A stretch of DNA of 64,000 nt, taken from the NCBI GenBank assembly GCA_030141605.1, contig JAQGDQ010000629.1, positions 59,773-123,772 on the forward strand, written 5' to 3'. Both the position numbers and the translations under genes were made by a program. Shown here piece by piece: positions 12,335-24,350 of the stretch. The stretch comes from Tubiluchus corallicola (Eukaryota; Animalia; Priapulida). The stretch's first letter is position 1, and each line of letters starts with the position of its first letter. Under the pieces are notes generated by a model, which made no database searches, was not told the DNA's origin, and saw nothing but the letters and a program-made list of their open reading frames with translations.

Positions 12335-12457
12335 CTCGTCTAATTCGTGTTTAACCCGTTCTTCCAAATCACGTATATCATCCATGGTTAGACCGTGCCA
12401 GTTGTCCATCCAGCAGAAAACTTGACGATGAAAGTTGCCGAACAGTCTAGGATAACA
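12335..12457 (-). CDS. PITPNA: Class I PITP, coding exon 8 ([41 protein letters not shown])
   Basis: TTCCAG / GTAAGT, 123 nt; FHRQxFCW and LTMDDIR motifs. Confidence 0.97.
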
Positions 12458-12604
12458 CTGGAAAAATCACGGAAAGAGTAAAACGAGAGCTAGCACCACC
12501 AATCGGCAGTCAGAAAGTCGTAAGTTCAATTCCCACAGTAAGATGTTTGTGTTTTTTCTTTTATTTTGCGGTGATTATAACACTTTCGACGAACAGTGGC
12601 TTAA

Positions 12605-13010
12605 AGGACAAGAAAATGGCAAACCAAAATAAGCCTCAGAACATTTGCAAATAAAAAATTATATCACCTAGGTATAATCTTAAGACTTAAGCGAATAAAG
12701 TACTCGCAGTAAACGTTGGCACAGACATGTTTCATTTAGACTGCTAATTGAAAAGCCAGTATGTGACTGATCACGTGACATGACGTCACTCGAACACAGT
12801 CGCAGTGAGTTCTGAGCACGTGCACTACAAAGATTTGTGTTGTGGTTCTGTGACGCCATCTCATATGGCGCCGCTGTGACAGTCTCGCGGGAGTATTTAG
12901 AATGAAAACAAACAGGAAATTCTTTAATGTGAGTATGATAAACGCTTAAGATTGCCTCTAACCATTATAAATCTTCTGAGACTTGCTTTAACTAGGCCTT
13001 TTCTTGTCCT
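12605..13010. mobile_element. Kolobok-like non-autonomous DNA transposon
   Basis: TTAA|AGGACAAGAAAA ... TTTTCTTGTCCT|TTAA; AG..CT termini with TTAA duplication. Confidence 0.7.
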
Positions 13011-13326
13011 TTAAAACCTATAACAATACTTTTCGTTGCTTTTCATTATTAGTACTATCATTCCAATTTCCCAAACTTTGATAAGATCGCTGAATTTCAT
13101 TCTACGTTGTTCATAAAGTACGAAAATGTTCTGGCATAGTGCCTGCCATACTTGGGTCTTTTTTATTAATACTAAATATAAAGGTGTTTAAGCATCAAAG
13201 TCACCATCGAGGTGAGATTTGGCACACGAGCATCAGCAGCGGCTTTCAGTCTCGTGATAAATCTAGCGCAGAAGTCTTAGTATCCGGATACGCTCTCGGT
13301 CTTACATGAGACCTGGACACCCCTGA

Positions 13327-13824
13327 CAGGGATGTGAATGAGAAATTGCAAAGAACTCTGAAGCAGGCAGGGGGGGTCACCTAGCCCCCCAATGGGGTTG
13401 AGGGGAAAGCCCCCTTGGAGCCAGCAACAAACTGCAATTTTGTGACCATAGAGAGCCTCTAAGTAGAGTTAAAATATCAATTACCTTGTTTCATGCATAA
13501 TTTAAAATACCCAACTATCAAGGATACATGATACCTAATTGTCTCAAAAATGCCTAAGTACTGGCCGCTCCTATGCAAAAGTATATAAAAACTGTCTGCA
13601 ATTGACTCAAATAACTCCGCACAATTGATTCTATATTATTATACATAGTGATGTACACGTGGTTACACTGATGTACTGATGTAAACAAAGTGACGGCCTG
13701 CCACCTAGCGGCCAGCTTGTGAAATAAAAATTTTCTCAACGAATTTACGCGATTTACAAAAATGTCACTACTGGTCTTCCAAAAACTTGGAATTCCGCGT
13801 ATTCGCGGAAAATTCTCAACCCTG
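13327..13824. mobile_element. hAT-like MITE
   Basis: CAGGGATGTGAA...TTCTCAACCCTG; ends homologous to 20109-20722. Confidence 0.6.
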
Positions 13825-14528
13825 CACTAATTCTATTCCCTGTGATGGCACAAGTCATGACTAGGCACACGAGCATTAATATCGATGCCTCATCTCTGTC
13901 TTATATTAGACATAGTGGCATAGTTAATGGGGGAGTGGCAAGGGGAGCAATTCTCAAAATTTGGCGCCCTTTCGACAACCTGCCTTATTACTTCATTGCA
14001 GCCTCCCTGTTTTTTAGTTTTTTTTAGTTTTTCGTTTATTATTATCACATGCAGTACAATATAATGGCATTAAGCACACAGTGACATCAAAATTATCACG
14101 TCATACTGTAATAAATTATTATATTTCATACACTATCGTTATCATAAAAGAATAATTGTACTGCGGTGGGCTAGAGAAGCAAAGACTTGTATAAGCCCAC
14201 TGTCACGTGAACCCGATAAAAAAAGAATGGATGAGTGAACAAAAATAAAGAACTGGGAGAAAGATTAGATCATACAGGAAGGATAGAAGGATGTGTTAGT
14301 GGAAATGGTAGGAAGAAAAGATTGTTCCAAGGATCAAATTGCCCCAAATATTATTATTCTAATATATTCTTGTCACACACTGATACTACTGGAATAGACA
14401 AACATATAATTGCTTCACGTGTCACGGTGCCATTTTATGTGCTTGCTCCCCCCTAACTTTAGAACTTGGCTACGCCCTGCTTAGATATGCCGCCTAACTC
14501 TTAGCAATGGTAATGGTGGCATAATTAA

Positions 14529-15207
14529 AGCACAAGAGAACCCTTCATAAACATAGCTTAAAAAATTCGATTTGAGATTTTATATCACTTACAAACTGCC
14601 TTTTTGCGTGCAGGACTTCAATCGGCAGTCACGCTGTGTAAAACATGTAAATTTAAACTCCCGCGATGACCGTTAGACACAGCCATTTTCACGACAGGTC
14701 ATTTGAAACAAGTTTAGGTAACATTTTGTAAAGTTTGAAAAAATAATCAGAGCATTCGTAGTGCACAAGTCACTAATAAATAAAATTTAATATTACTGCA
14801 TCTTGTCAGTAAGATTAAAAATATGTTTTTAGTTACTGATAGGTGCACCCTGCAGGGTGAGCCAGGAACATTTTACCAATTGGTGAAAACATTTTAAATA
14901 ATTAATAATTTTCTTTTCTAGTTACATAAGTCTTTTTAGCAGGTAAGCGAAAATTTAAGTAATATAGATTTGCACGGAAAATCATTTGAGACATAATTTA
15001 ACATTGCTTTTTCTTCCCCTGATTTACGTTTGGTACATGACGTCATGTAATGGCGACTTTGGAACAGTATTGCGGGAGGTTTAAAATGAGAACAAACTAA
15101 ATTTCCTTTCAGTGCGAGTAAGATATACACATAAAATGCTGTAAAGTAATATAATTTTTTAAGGCGATTTTTTTAAAACCTACTTCAGGTACCCCTTTTC
15201 TTGTCCT
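14529..15207 (-). mobile_element. Kolobok-like MITE family A (about 680 bp)
   Basis: TTAA duplication, AGCACAAGA/TTCTTGTCCT termini; homologous copies at 22102, 28525, 30452 and 51970. Confidence 0.75.
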
Positions 15208-15660
15208 TTAAGCAAAGTATTGGTCAACCTTTACTCATAAGTACATAGGTTAATACTGTAATGGCAAGGTCTAAGTTTCATATTGAGATCTTGAATGCAC
15301 CTCTACGCAAAGGCATGTCTCAAAAGCGAAACCATGACAACAGTTACAGCTTCTCACATTTCTGTGCATTGCAAACCAGACATTTGTAATGGAGCATCGC
15401 TCATCAACAAAGATAATCCTCTAAGATGAGCCAGTGAACCAGCAGAGGAGTCACGTTCCACTGCACGTACAACCTTCCTCAACGAGGTACTAATGATACC
15501 GCCTGATGTAAGTTGGTATTGAACCAAGGTTGCCACATACCATTGGCGAGAAAGCACACGAGTGCTTATCCACTCAACCATGAACTGTTTAAATTTATGA
15601 TACTAAAACAATCACAACACATTGCACAATGCTAGTAATATATTCTAACTAATCACAATG

Positions 15661-16140
15661 CAAAGTTCCCACAGAATCTTAAAATAAATTTCCCGGACTT
15701 TTCCCTGCTCTATCAAATATTGATTTTCCATGACCAGGATAAGCAGAAATTGCATTACCACTATACATATTCAAACATTTTTGTCTATGGACATTCATAC
15801 ACCTACTGATATATAACGTGTCGGCACAGTTGCAGTAGTGCTAAGGAAATTACACTAATCACATTAAATCAACTTACTTTTTTAATCCAATCATTATTTT
15901 TAGAACAGAAATTGAAACTGGGAGCCTGCCTAAGTAAAATTTCATTTGAACACGAATCTCTGAAAAATATGTTTGGAAAAATATCAGTCCACGGTGATTA
16001 TTTTTTCAACCCTTTCCAATTTCCCCGACTATTTCGCCTCATTTCCATCATTTTCCCTGACTTTTGAAATTATCTTTTCCCTTGACTTTTCCATGACTTT
16101 TCAGGATAGCCTGTATTTTTCCCCGACCGTGGGAACCCTG
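15661..16140. mobile_element. MITE with CAGGGTTCCCAC TIR
   Basis: Homologous, in opposite orientation, to 48004-48430, which has intact CAGGGTTCCC/GGGAACCCTG ends. Confidence 0.65.
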
Positions 16141-16165
16141 CACAGGTATGTTACAAAACACTTAC

Positions 16166-16342
16166 ACTTTGTATAAAATTCTCCACTCGGTTCTGCAACC
16201 CCCACCATTTAAAATGTACAGTAACTAGTTTATAGCAGCACATCACAGGATTCATACCGTCCCACCATTTTGGTCCTAGTAACGGACCACGGCCGGTCTT
16301 TTTTGATTTAAATTTCTTGGGATCCTCACTAGCCTTGTAATC
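16166..16342 (-). CDS. PITPNA: Class I PITP, coding exon 7 ([59 protein letters not shown])
   Basis: TTTCAG / GTAAGT, 177 nt; KTGRGPL, MCxYKLV and KWWGLQ motifs. Confidence 0.97.
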
Positions 16343-16670
16343 CTGAAATAATAAAAGTTGATGAAACTTTAATTATCGTGCGGCAGCAGAATTGAAATGA
16401 CCAACTGTTCTCTTGTCCTAATATGGGCACTGTGTATGAAACTGTACAGTGTCGTTATGGCTGAGCGAAAAAAATTGGTATCGCAGCATTGCGTTTAATC
16501 ACAGTACATACTAAGGCTGTAACGATACACCTAAGTCCCGATATGATAATAATAATATGACAATAATCTTTATTTAAATTCGGTTTTCTGGAACAACAAT
16601 TAACATAAGCTCAGAAGAGCTTTTGGGCCGACAGTAAACAACAACATAAAACTACATAACAGACACTATT

Positions 16671-17220
16671 GGTTGGCATCCTTCTGTCTCGGAAGACAAT
16701 GTAGTGTGTGCCAAGAGCGTCAGTTATTGATTACATTGATGGAGCTGCAGCATCGACTGGGGCTGAGCAATCGGATCCTTGAACCTCTGGAGTGGCCTCT
16801 CAAGGGCGTACGCCTGGGCAAGGTGTATGGAAATCCTGAGTTGCCCAGACAACAGCAACACCCTCTCTTTCTCCCTGGTGTAGTCCAAAGGAAGGCAGAG
16901 CGATACATTTGGCACCAGGTTGGCTGCAGGAGTCAGTGATCATGCTGCACTGATCCGCCTTTGGGATTCCGCCACTCCTGATTTGGAAGGTTTACTCCTC
17001 TACACATGGCCTTTGGGTACTTGACCTCCTTTGCCCTCTAGCCATTGGCTGCTTGTGCAACTCCTCCGCCTAGTATCGAGATACAGTGTGGGCATCCCGC
17101 AAGTCTACAGCACCTGGTATTCCTAGGTGGTCACCCATCCAAGTACTAACCAGGCCCCACATTGCATAACTTCAGTGATCAGACGAGAAGCGGTGTTTTC
17201 AACGTGATTTGGCCATAGTC
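16671..17220 (-). mobile_element. 5S rRNA-headed SINE (SINE3 type) with RTE-like body and tail
   Basis: 17101-17220 is a full-length 5S-like sequence (..GGTTAGTACTTGGATGGGTGACC..GGAATACCAGGTGCTGTAG) with no T-tract terminator; tail ATTGTCTTCCGAGACAGAAGGATGCC is RTE-like; 12-bp duplication ACAGA[C/G]ACTATT. Confidence 0.8.
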
Positions 17221-18553
17221 ACAGAGACTATTATTACCCCACTTTTACCCTAAATACCACTCGCCAGGCAGAGCAACAGCAGGTACCATTTTTAAAGTCT
17301 TTGGTATGACCTGGCCACTGTATCAAACTCCCGACCTCCCAGACAGAAAGTGAATGCGTTCAGACGGACCAAACCGTCGATATGATGCATATCACAATAC
17401 TAATAGCACGATATGATACGTATCATGATACACATTGAGTTAACGTTTGAAGGCTTTAATAAAAAAAACAAGGTAAGTTGTTGCTTAATCTAATATATAT
17501 TTATATATGTATATATTAGACTTATGAAACTATCTTAAGATTGCTAAGTGCTAAAACAATTCAGCAAACTGTTTGATTTCTGTTTATACTCTTGTATTAT
17601 TATTATTATTGTAAGCTACCGTGTGTGCAAAACATTTCAATGCTGTTGATTTAAAATATGCTGGTGCATTTTATACTCCATATTTACTGCAAGCCATTTC
17701 AGAAACTTACAAGCAAAAATATAATTTGCTACAACATATATGCACATTTGTGTTTTCAATGGCTTCAGCAGCAGGTGTCTATGTCAAGGTCAAGTCTCTC
17801 CTCTGCTCCTCTCCTTGTGCTCACTGCACTGATTATGACCACGGAGTTCAACTGTGTTGTTTTCACTCTGTGGAGTTAAACTACAGGACATTCTACACCT
17901 GTAGCTTGAATTATTTCTCACAGTTTTTATCAGCTGGCAGTCAAGCATCTCCTAAATATCAATGATTCAGATTATCGTGATACTGGTTCACTTTGACGAA
18001 TCGTCACGGAAGATACCACGATGCATCGATGCAGGCCTAGCACATACACTATTTATCGCATTTCATATTTTTTCTGCACGGACTCAGTGCTTATGCAACT
18101 GCTTTCACAATCGACAAAACTCACAGTAACCCACAACTAATCCTACTTACTTAACTGTTACCTACTTAGCATTTACATCGCAATACCGCAAAGATACCAA
18201 AACGACGGAGTGATATACAATATCCAGCCCTAATTTTCATTGCCTCACTAACAGCTACATACAGCCACCAAGCTTCTAGAATGCATTCTTGTTTATTAAC
18301 CAAATCTTGAGAGAGAGATTCTCTGTTTATTCGGCGCAAATTTCACCAAGGGTGTCAGTTTTGATAAATTTTTACTAAAATCTGTATACTTGCAAACAAG
18401 CAAATGTCTTTAACATAATATCAACAAGAAGCTATAGTTTGTCTTTATACAAACTACAAACATTCCTACAAAGTGCAGATCGGCTTACAAGTATTGTGGA
18501 AAATTCTTTCCGCCCGCAAACCACCACGAAAAGAGGTAACCATGTTTATAAAA

Positions 18554-19350
18554 CGGCTGTGTTACCAAAACTGAAACCGAAACAGAAATTTCTGAAACAT
18601 GGGAAACCGAACCGAAGCCGAACGGAAACTATTTTTGCAAAAACCAACTATTGTCAAATTTGAAAAAAATCTGAACTAAATAAAATACTTTGTTTTTGCT
18701 TGTTTGCTTTTATTTGCTTGATAAAGTAGCTAGGCAAAAAATCCTAACCAAAAAAGTAGAACGATGTTTATGGTTAAAGATCGTGATGCTTTAAAAAATT
18801 GACAAATTTTATTTTGTGAATATTTTGTTGGCTATATTTCATAAATTATCAAATTAAACTTGGTCTTATTCAAATTATACTTTGGTATTTCGGTTGATTG
18901 TGCCTGGAGACCTTAAAGCTTCACAGTAGTGAGTATTGAAGATATGCCGCATTGCCGTAAAGAGCATGTTACAAATGGTACAAAAAGTTAAATAAACGAT
19001 ACTTACGCTCTATTTGAACTATTTTATTGCAATTGTAATACTTAATGTAGTAAAATTAGCCAAAATTTTTAGACGATTTTTAACATCTAAAAGAAAAATA
19101 GGTAAGCTGGATAAATACTATTAAAGCCTTGGAAAAATGCTACCGAAAATTACCGAAAGTTTTGGCTACGAAACTTAATAATTTTCGACAAAAATGAAAC
19201 TGAACCGAAAGTGTAATTATTGGCAAACCGAAACGAAATTTTCCGAAAGTTTTGGCTACGAAACTTAATAATTTTCGACAAAAATGAAACTGAACCGAAA
19301 GTGCAATTAATGACAAACCGAATGGAATTTTCATTTCTGTAACATCCCTG
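18554..19350. mobile_element. hAT-like MITE (CAGGGATGTTAC-type TIR)
   Basis: 8-bp duplication TTATAAAA/TAATAAAA; subterminal ACCGAAA repeats; 90-bp internal duplication. Confidence 0.65.
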
Positions 19351-19422
19351 TAATAAAACTGCATGGTCCTTGCAAGAAAAGTATATGTGAAGTATATTTA
19401 AACAGAAAAAAAGTTTTGATAC

Positions 19423-19503
19423 CTTTGGTAGAACGGGGTCATTGGCTATGTCCATTATGAGTACTTGTCGCTTCCGTAGCTTATCTGCGGGTAACATGTG
19501 TGC
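19423..19503 (-). CDS. PITPNA: Class I PITP, coding exon 6 (AHMLPADKLRKRQVLIMDIANDPVLPK)
   Basis: TGGCAG / GTATCA, 81 nt; DIAND motif; lies within ORF 19150..19527. Confidence 0.93.
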
Positions 19504-19835
19504 CTGCCAAAACACAAGAACGTGCAAAGTTGAAAAACACTGATCAATGTTAATTAAAGCACTAAGATACAGTATACCAAATTTTAATCAAAACATGGGG
19601 TTCTATAAAAGTGAAATTTGCAATAATTACTTAAGGTAGTTGTTTGCAGAAACAGAACCATAACTCCAGCGCATTGTGTTCACTTGACACAGCAAACATC
19701 AAAACGGCCACATAATCAAATAATCTGCTGTGCTGCGTAGCACATAAATTACCCAACAAGCAAGTCTGGAATCTTCATGCTCTTTCATGTAACTCGGTCG
19801 TCAGGGCAACTCAAACTTAGAAATGTGAAGTGAAG

Positions 19836-21145
19836 TACGGTAAGTCCTAGCTTAATGGTTCCAGGAAAACGCGACGTTAAGTGAAGCGTCGTTAAACGAA
19901 ACCAAAACTTCCATAGAAGGTAATGTAAAAGAATTGAGATACGTTCCAAATAGAAAAGTCAACACTGCTTAAATCAGATAAGTTAAACATTCTATGAGTT
20001 TTATTCATATTTCTACTGATTAATGTCTTCCTGTTTGCCTAAAACCACCTATATATTTTACTTATTGATACCTAGCCATAGCAGTTTCTCTTTCGTTGAT
20101 GTTTAAGCCAGGGATGAGAATGACATATTGCAAAAAACTCTGAAACAGGCCGGGGGAGCCAGCAACAAATTGCAATTTTGTGACCATAGAGAGCCTCTAA
20201 GTGGACTTAAAATATCAATTACCTTGTTTCATGCATAATTTAAAATACCCAACTATCAAGGATACATGATCGTGAAGCTTCAAAAAATTAACAAATTTTA
20301 TTTTGTATACATTTTGTTGCCTATATTTCACAAATTATAAAATTAAACTTGGTTTTATTCAAATTACGCTTTTTTTTTGGTTTTTTGTGTCTGGAGGCCT
20401 CAAAGCTTCACATTTGTCAGCAATGAAGATATGCCGCATTGCCGTAAAAGGCATGGTACAAATCGTACAGATTACCAAATAAACGATATTTACGCTTCAT
20501 TTGAACTACTTTAGCCAAAATTTTTCAGAGATTTTTAACATCTAACAGATAAAAGGTAAGCTGAATAAATACCTCGAAAAATGCTACTGGAAGTTTCGGT
20601 TACGATTTCGACGAAAACGAGGTTTAACCCCGAAAAATGTTCTCAACGAATTTACAAAAATGGCACTACTGGTCTTCCAGAAACTCGGAATTCCGCGTAC
20701 CCGCGGAAAGTTCTCACCCCTGGTTTAAGCCTAGTCAGCAGTTAAAACACTGCAAAATCAATCCCTCGCGTGACCTTGGGAATTTTACATACATACTTAG
20801 TCTCGTTCCTACAGCAACGGGTTGCAGGCAAAATTGCTCGCTGATCACTCGATAGTTGATACAAACCATTAGTAATGCAGTAGTAGCGTCAGTAGTCAGT
20901 CGGGAAGCAAAAACATGTAAAATAATTACACTGTTTACATTACTAGTGCATTTTTAGAACAGAATAATGCAATAGGTGCTGCTTTAATGCATCAAATTAG
21001 GTAAATCTTGTTAATCAAATAAAAATTTGCCTTGAACAAAGTAAAAAAATTGTCATTAAACTGTAACGTGCATTGTTAAGTGACAAAAGGTGTCAAATTA
21101 CTGGCGTCATCAAAACGAAACGTCGTTAAGGGAAGAGTTACTGTA
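19836..21145. mobile_element. Tc1/mariner (pogo/Tigger-like) MITE
   Basis: TA|CGGTAAGTCCTAGCTTAA ... TTAAGGGAAGAGTTACTG|TA; related short copy at 50232-50492 with CAGT..ACTG ends. Confidence 0.55.
20109..20722. mobile_element. hAT-like MITE, chimeric, nested in a Tc1/mariner-like MITE
   Basis: CAGGGATGAGAA...TTCTCACCCCTG with perfect 8-bp duplication GTTTAAGC; ends shared with 13327-13824. Confidence 0.75.
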
Positions 21146-21179
21146 TTTCTGTTTTTCAAATTGCAGTTAAAATACTCAC

Positions 21180-21257
21180 ATTTTCTTGATTGCCAGTATC
21201 AGGACAATGTATCGTTTCTATACAAATTTCAAAGTTTTCCTTCATATAGTCTGGATT
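21180..21257 (-). CDS. PITPNA: Class I PITP, coding exon 5 (NPDYMKENFEICIETIHCPDTGNQEN)
   Basis: TTTCAG / GTGAGT, 78 nt; lies within ORF 21156..21443. Confidence 0.95.
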
Positions 21258-22101
21258 CTGAAAAAAAACAGCAGAAATTAGTGCACTGGTATAGTCAAAA
21301 TATGTACAGTTTAAGATAATACATACTTTAAAGCAAAACTGGACCATGCAAAGCATTTTAGAAAAGTTGAACAGCCGTGGGAATGGGGTTGCTTCGCAAC
21401 TAGTAACGCTAGGCAGCCAGGCAGCATCTGAAGCCAGATGCACTCCATAATACTGAACTGTATGGTATGCTCCAAAGCAAAATCACTTGTAGATCATTGA
21501 TGTTACGTGTGTTTAGTTGATTATTCTCCATTCTTATAAAATGATTGCATATTATAAATTAGTACAGTGTCTTTTCTAAAAACTGGTTTTTAAATATAAG
21601 TACATGCTTATTTATGAATTGTGTGCACGTGCGTGCATGCGTGTGTGCCCGCATCTGTGTGCATGTGTGGAAATAAAATTAATATTTAATATTAGTATTC
21701 AATAATGAACAACTACTTGTTTATTTACAAGATTCTCTATTAGTAACACACCACAAGAAGTTACTGTGCAAACGTGCAAAAGTCAACGTGGACCAGGTAA
21801 AAAGCAACTACGTAGTGAAAGGGTTAAGCAGCGCACACTTACAGAAAGCCAGGGCCTTACAGACAGCTTTTTGATTATTGCTTTCTTATATTTTTGCAAG
21901 TCTAAATTATAACATAAAGTAAACTCAACATGCTAAATAACTTGTCTTTTCCTTTAATCAAATCATAACAGAGATTTTAAAAAATTAAGCTTGTATTTTG
22001 CGATCATGATACAAAGTTGTCGCCAAGAATTAATACTTACTATTACCCATCTTAGTTATTAAATGGCTAAAAGTGTATCAGTGAAGAATTTTAAATCTTA
22101 A

Positions 22102-22824
22102 AGGACAAGTAAAGAGGTACCTGAGGTAGGTTTCAGAAAAATTGCCTTAGAAAATTATATTACTTTATTACAATTTCATGCGTATATCGTACTCTCGTAA
22201 AAAATATTTACAGTTTGTCTTCATTTTAAATCTCCCGCAGTACTGTTCCGACCGTGCCATTTCACGGCGTCACTATGTAAATCAGGTGAAGAAAAGGAAA
22301 TCTTAAGCCACATCACAAAAAACTTTCCACGCAAAATTATATTACTTAGCATTTTGCTTACCTGCTGGAAGTACTTATGTAAATGAACTAGAAAATGACT
22401 TATGTAACTAGAAAAGGACTTACGTAAATGTAACTAGAAAAGAAATTTTTTAATTATTTGAAATGCTTTCACCAATTGGTAAAATGTCGTTGATTCACTC
22501 TCCAGGGTGCACCACTCACTAACCAAAAACGTATTTTTAATCTTACTTACAAGATACAGTAATTTTAAATTTATTTAGTTAGTGAAGTGTGCGCTACGAA
22601 TGCTATGATTATGTTTTCAGTTTACACAATGTTATCTAAACTTATATCAAATGACCTGTCGTCAAAATGGCTGCGTCTAATGGTCATCGCGGGAGCTTAA
22701 ATTTACATGTTTTATACAGCGTTACTGCCGACGCAAGGCCTGCATGGAAAAACCAGTGTGTAAATGGTATAAAATTTCAAGACGAATTTTTAAGCTTTAT
22801 GTAAGTTGAGGATTTTCTTGTGGT
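22102..22824 (+). mobile_element. Kolobok-like MITE family A
   Basis: TTAA|AGGACAAG ... TTCTTGTGGT|TTAA; homologous to 14529-15207. Confidence 0.75.
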
Positions 22825-22870
22825 TTAAAACATTCTCGGTAGCTTAATACGTGACAACGTCAATACTTAC

Positions 22871-22970
22871 CGAAATTACGGTTTTGCAGTACGGATAAGC
22901 GTTCCAGGCTTTTTCATGTATTTCTAATGAACCCTTTGGAGCTAGCATTCGAATGAACATGGGTACTTTA
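22871..22970 (-). CDS. PITPNA: Class I PITP, coding exon 4 ([34 protein letters not shown])
   Basis: TTTCAG acceptor, GTAAGT donor, 100 nt; [10 protein letters not shown] motif. Confidence 0.97.
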
Positions 22971-23886
22971 CTGAAATCACAATGAAAAGTATAAATAATT
23001 TACACAAAAAACGAGAAATCAATAGACATCATTTCTGAAACGTTTCCGAATTTTCTGTGAGCAGTTTCTACAATATTACTAGTTAAATATACAAATGCAT
23101 GGAAAGCGACATATTAGAATGCAGTCAGCAATGCATTAAAGATAATTTCTATTCATAGCTTACATACTAAACTGGTTTCAATACATAATTTAACAGTTTA
23201 CAATGGACTTATTGAAGCTTACACAAAACTTTCCATAACCCCAGTTTGCTAATTTTCAGAAATATTACATGCAAATCACTATGCCTTATGATACCCTATT
23301 CAAAACGTCTCAAAGCAAAGTTTATTAACCAACACAGATGATATTAAATGAACACTGCAGCTGAAACCACCATTTTCTATTCTGGCTCCTTTTTGCAAAT
23401 GCGATAAGAAAAGTTGCAAACTGAATTACAAATGCAGACATAACTAATATGTTTACTTTATGGTGTTTTCAATGTATAGAACTATTTAAATGTGCAATCA
23501 AGGCAGTGAAGGTGAATTCACAAAAATTTTGTACCGTAAAAATTCTCCGACTTACAGGACTACTAACTGCATAAAAAGCAAAGTAATTTAGAGGGACAAT
23601 ACGTTTGCCAACTTAAGCACTAGTTATTCGCTCAATGGCAGCTCGTGTATAGGTATTGTGGAACTGCAGCGCCCCCTATTTTTACTCGACATTATCAATA
23701 ATATTCAGCATAATAAGTCTGTTTTCTTTAGTTCTTTCAAGAGTTATTTAGAAGCAAGTATAAAATTCTAATGCACAACTTGGTTATAAAACTGGCTACA
23801 ATGACGACATACCAATAAGAAAAGATGCTGAGCCTTTCATCCCACATTTGATGTTCATAAAAACCCCATTAACTGTGTTTACTCAC

Positions 23887-24050
23887 TTATACAAATGGTA
23901 GATTTTGTGTGTATATTGCCCGACTGTATATTTTCCCCCATAAAATGGAATTCCTTCGAATGGCTCATTTTTAAGCACCTCTATTCCCTCTCCTCCTCCG
24001 GTCTCATTCTTGCTGGCTTCGGCTACCGACCACAATTGTGCAACTTGATA
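23887..24050 (-). CDS. PITPNA: Class I PITP, coding exon 3 ([54 protein letters not shown])
   Basis: TTCTAG acceptor, GTGAGT donor, 164 nt; hallmark ETGGGEG and GQYTHKIYH motifs. Confidence 0.97.
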
Positions 24051-24079
24051 CTAGAAAAAATTAGCGCAATCAACTGAGT

Positions 24080-24350
24080 GCACAGGAAACACACACAAGA
24101 AAACGCACACGAGAAAACGCATGCAAAGAAACGCATGCGAGAAAACGCAGGCAAGGAAACGCAGGCGAGGAAACGCAGGCGAGAAAACGCAGGCGAGGAA
24201 ACGCAGGCGAGAAAACGCACACAAGGAAACGCACGCGAGAAAACGCATGCAAGGAAACGCACGCGACAAAACGCACGCGAGAAAATGCACACAGGAAACA
24301 CACACGAGAAAGACACACGAAAAAACACACACGAGAAAACACACACGAAA
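24080..24350. repeat. CpG-rich 12/24-bp minisatellite (GAGAAAACGCAC-like)
   Basis: Direct reading; starts about 30 nt from the PITP exon 3 acceptor. Confidence 0.9.

Noticed and set aside
17101-17220. Functional 5S rRNA gene
   Set aside because: Single diverged copy with no oligo-T terminator, fused to a retroposon body and flanked by a target duplication; treated as a SINE head.
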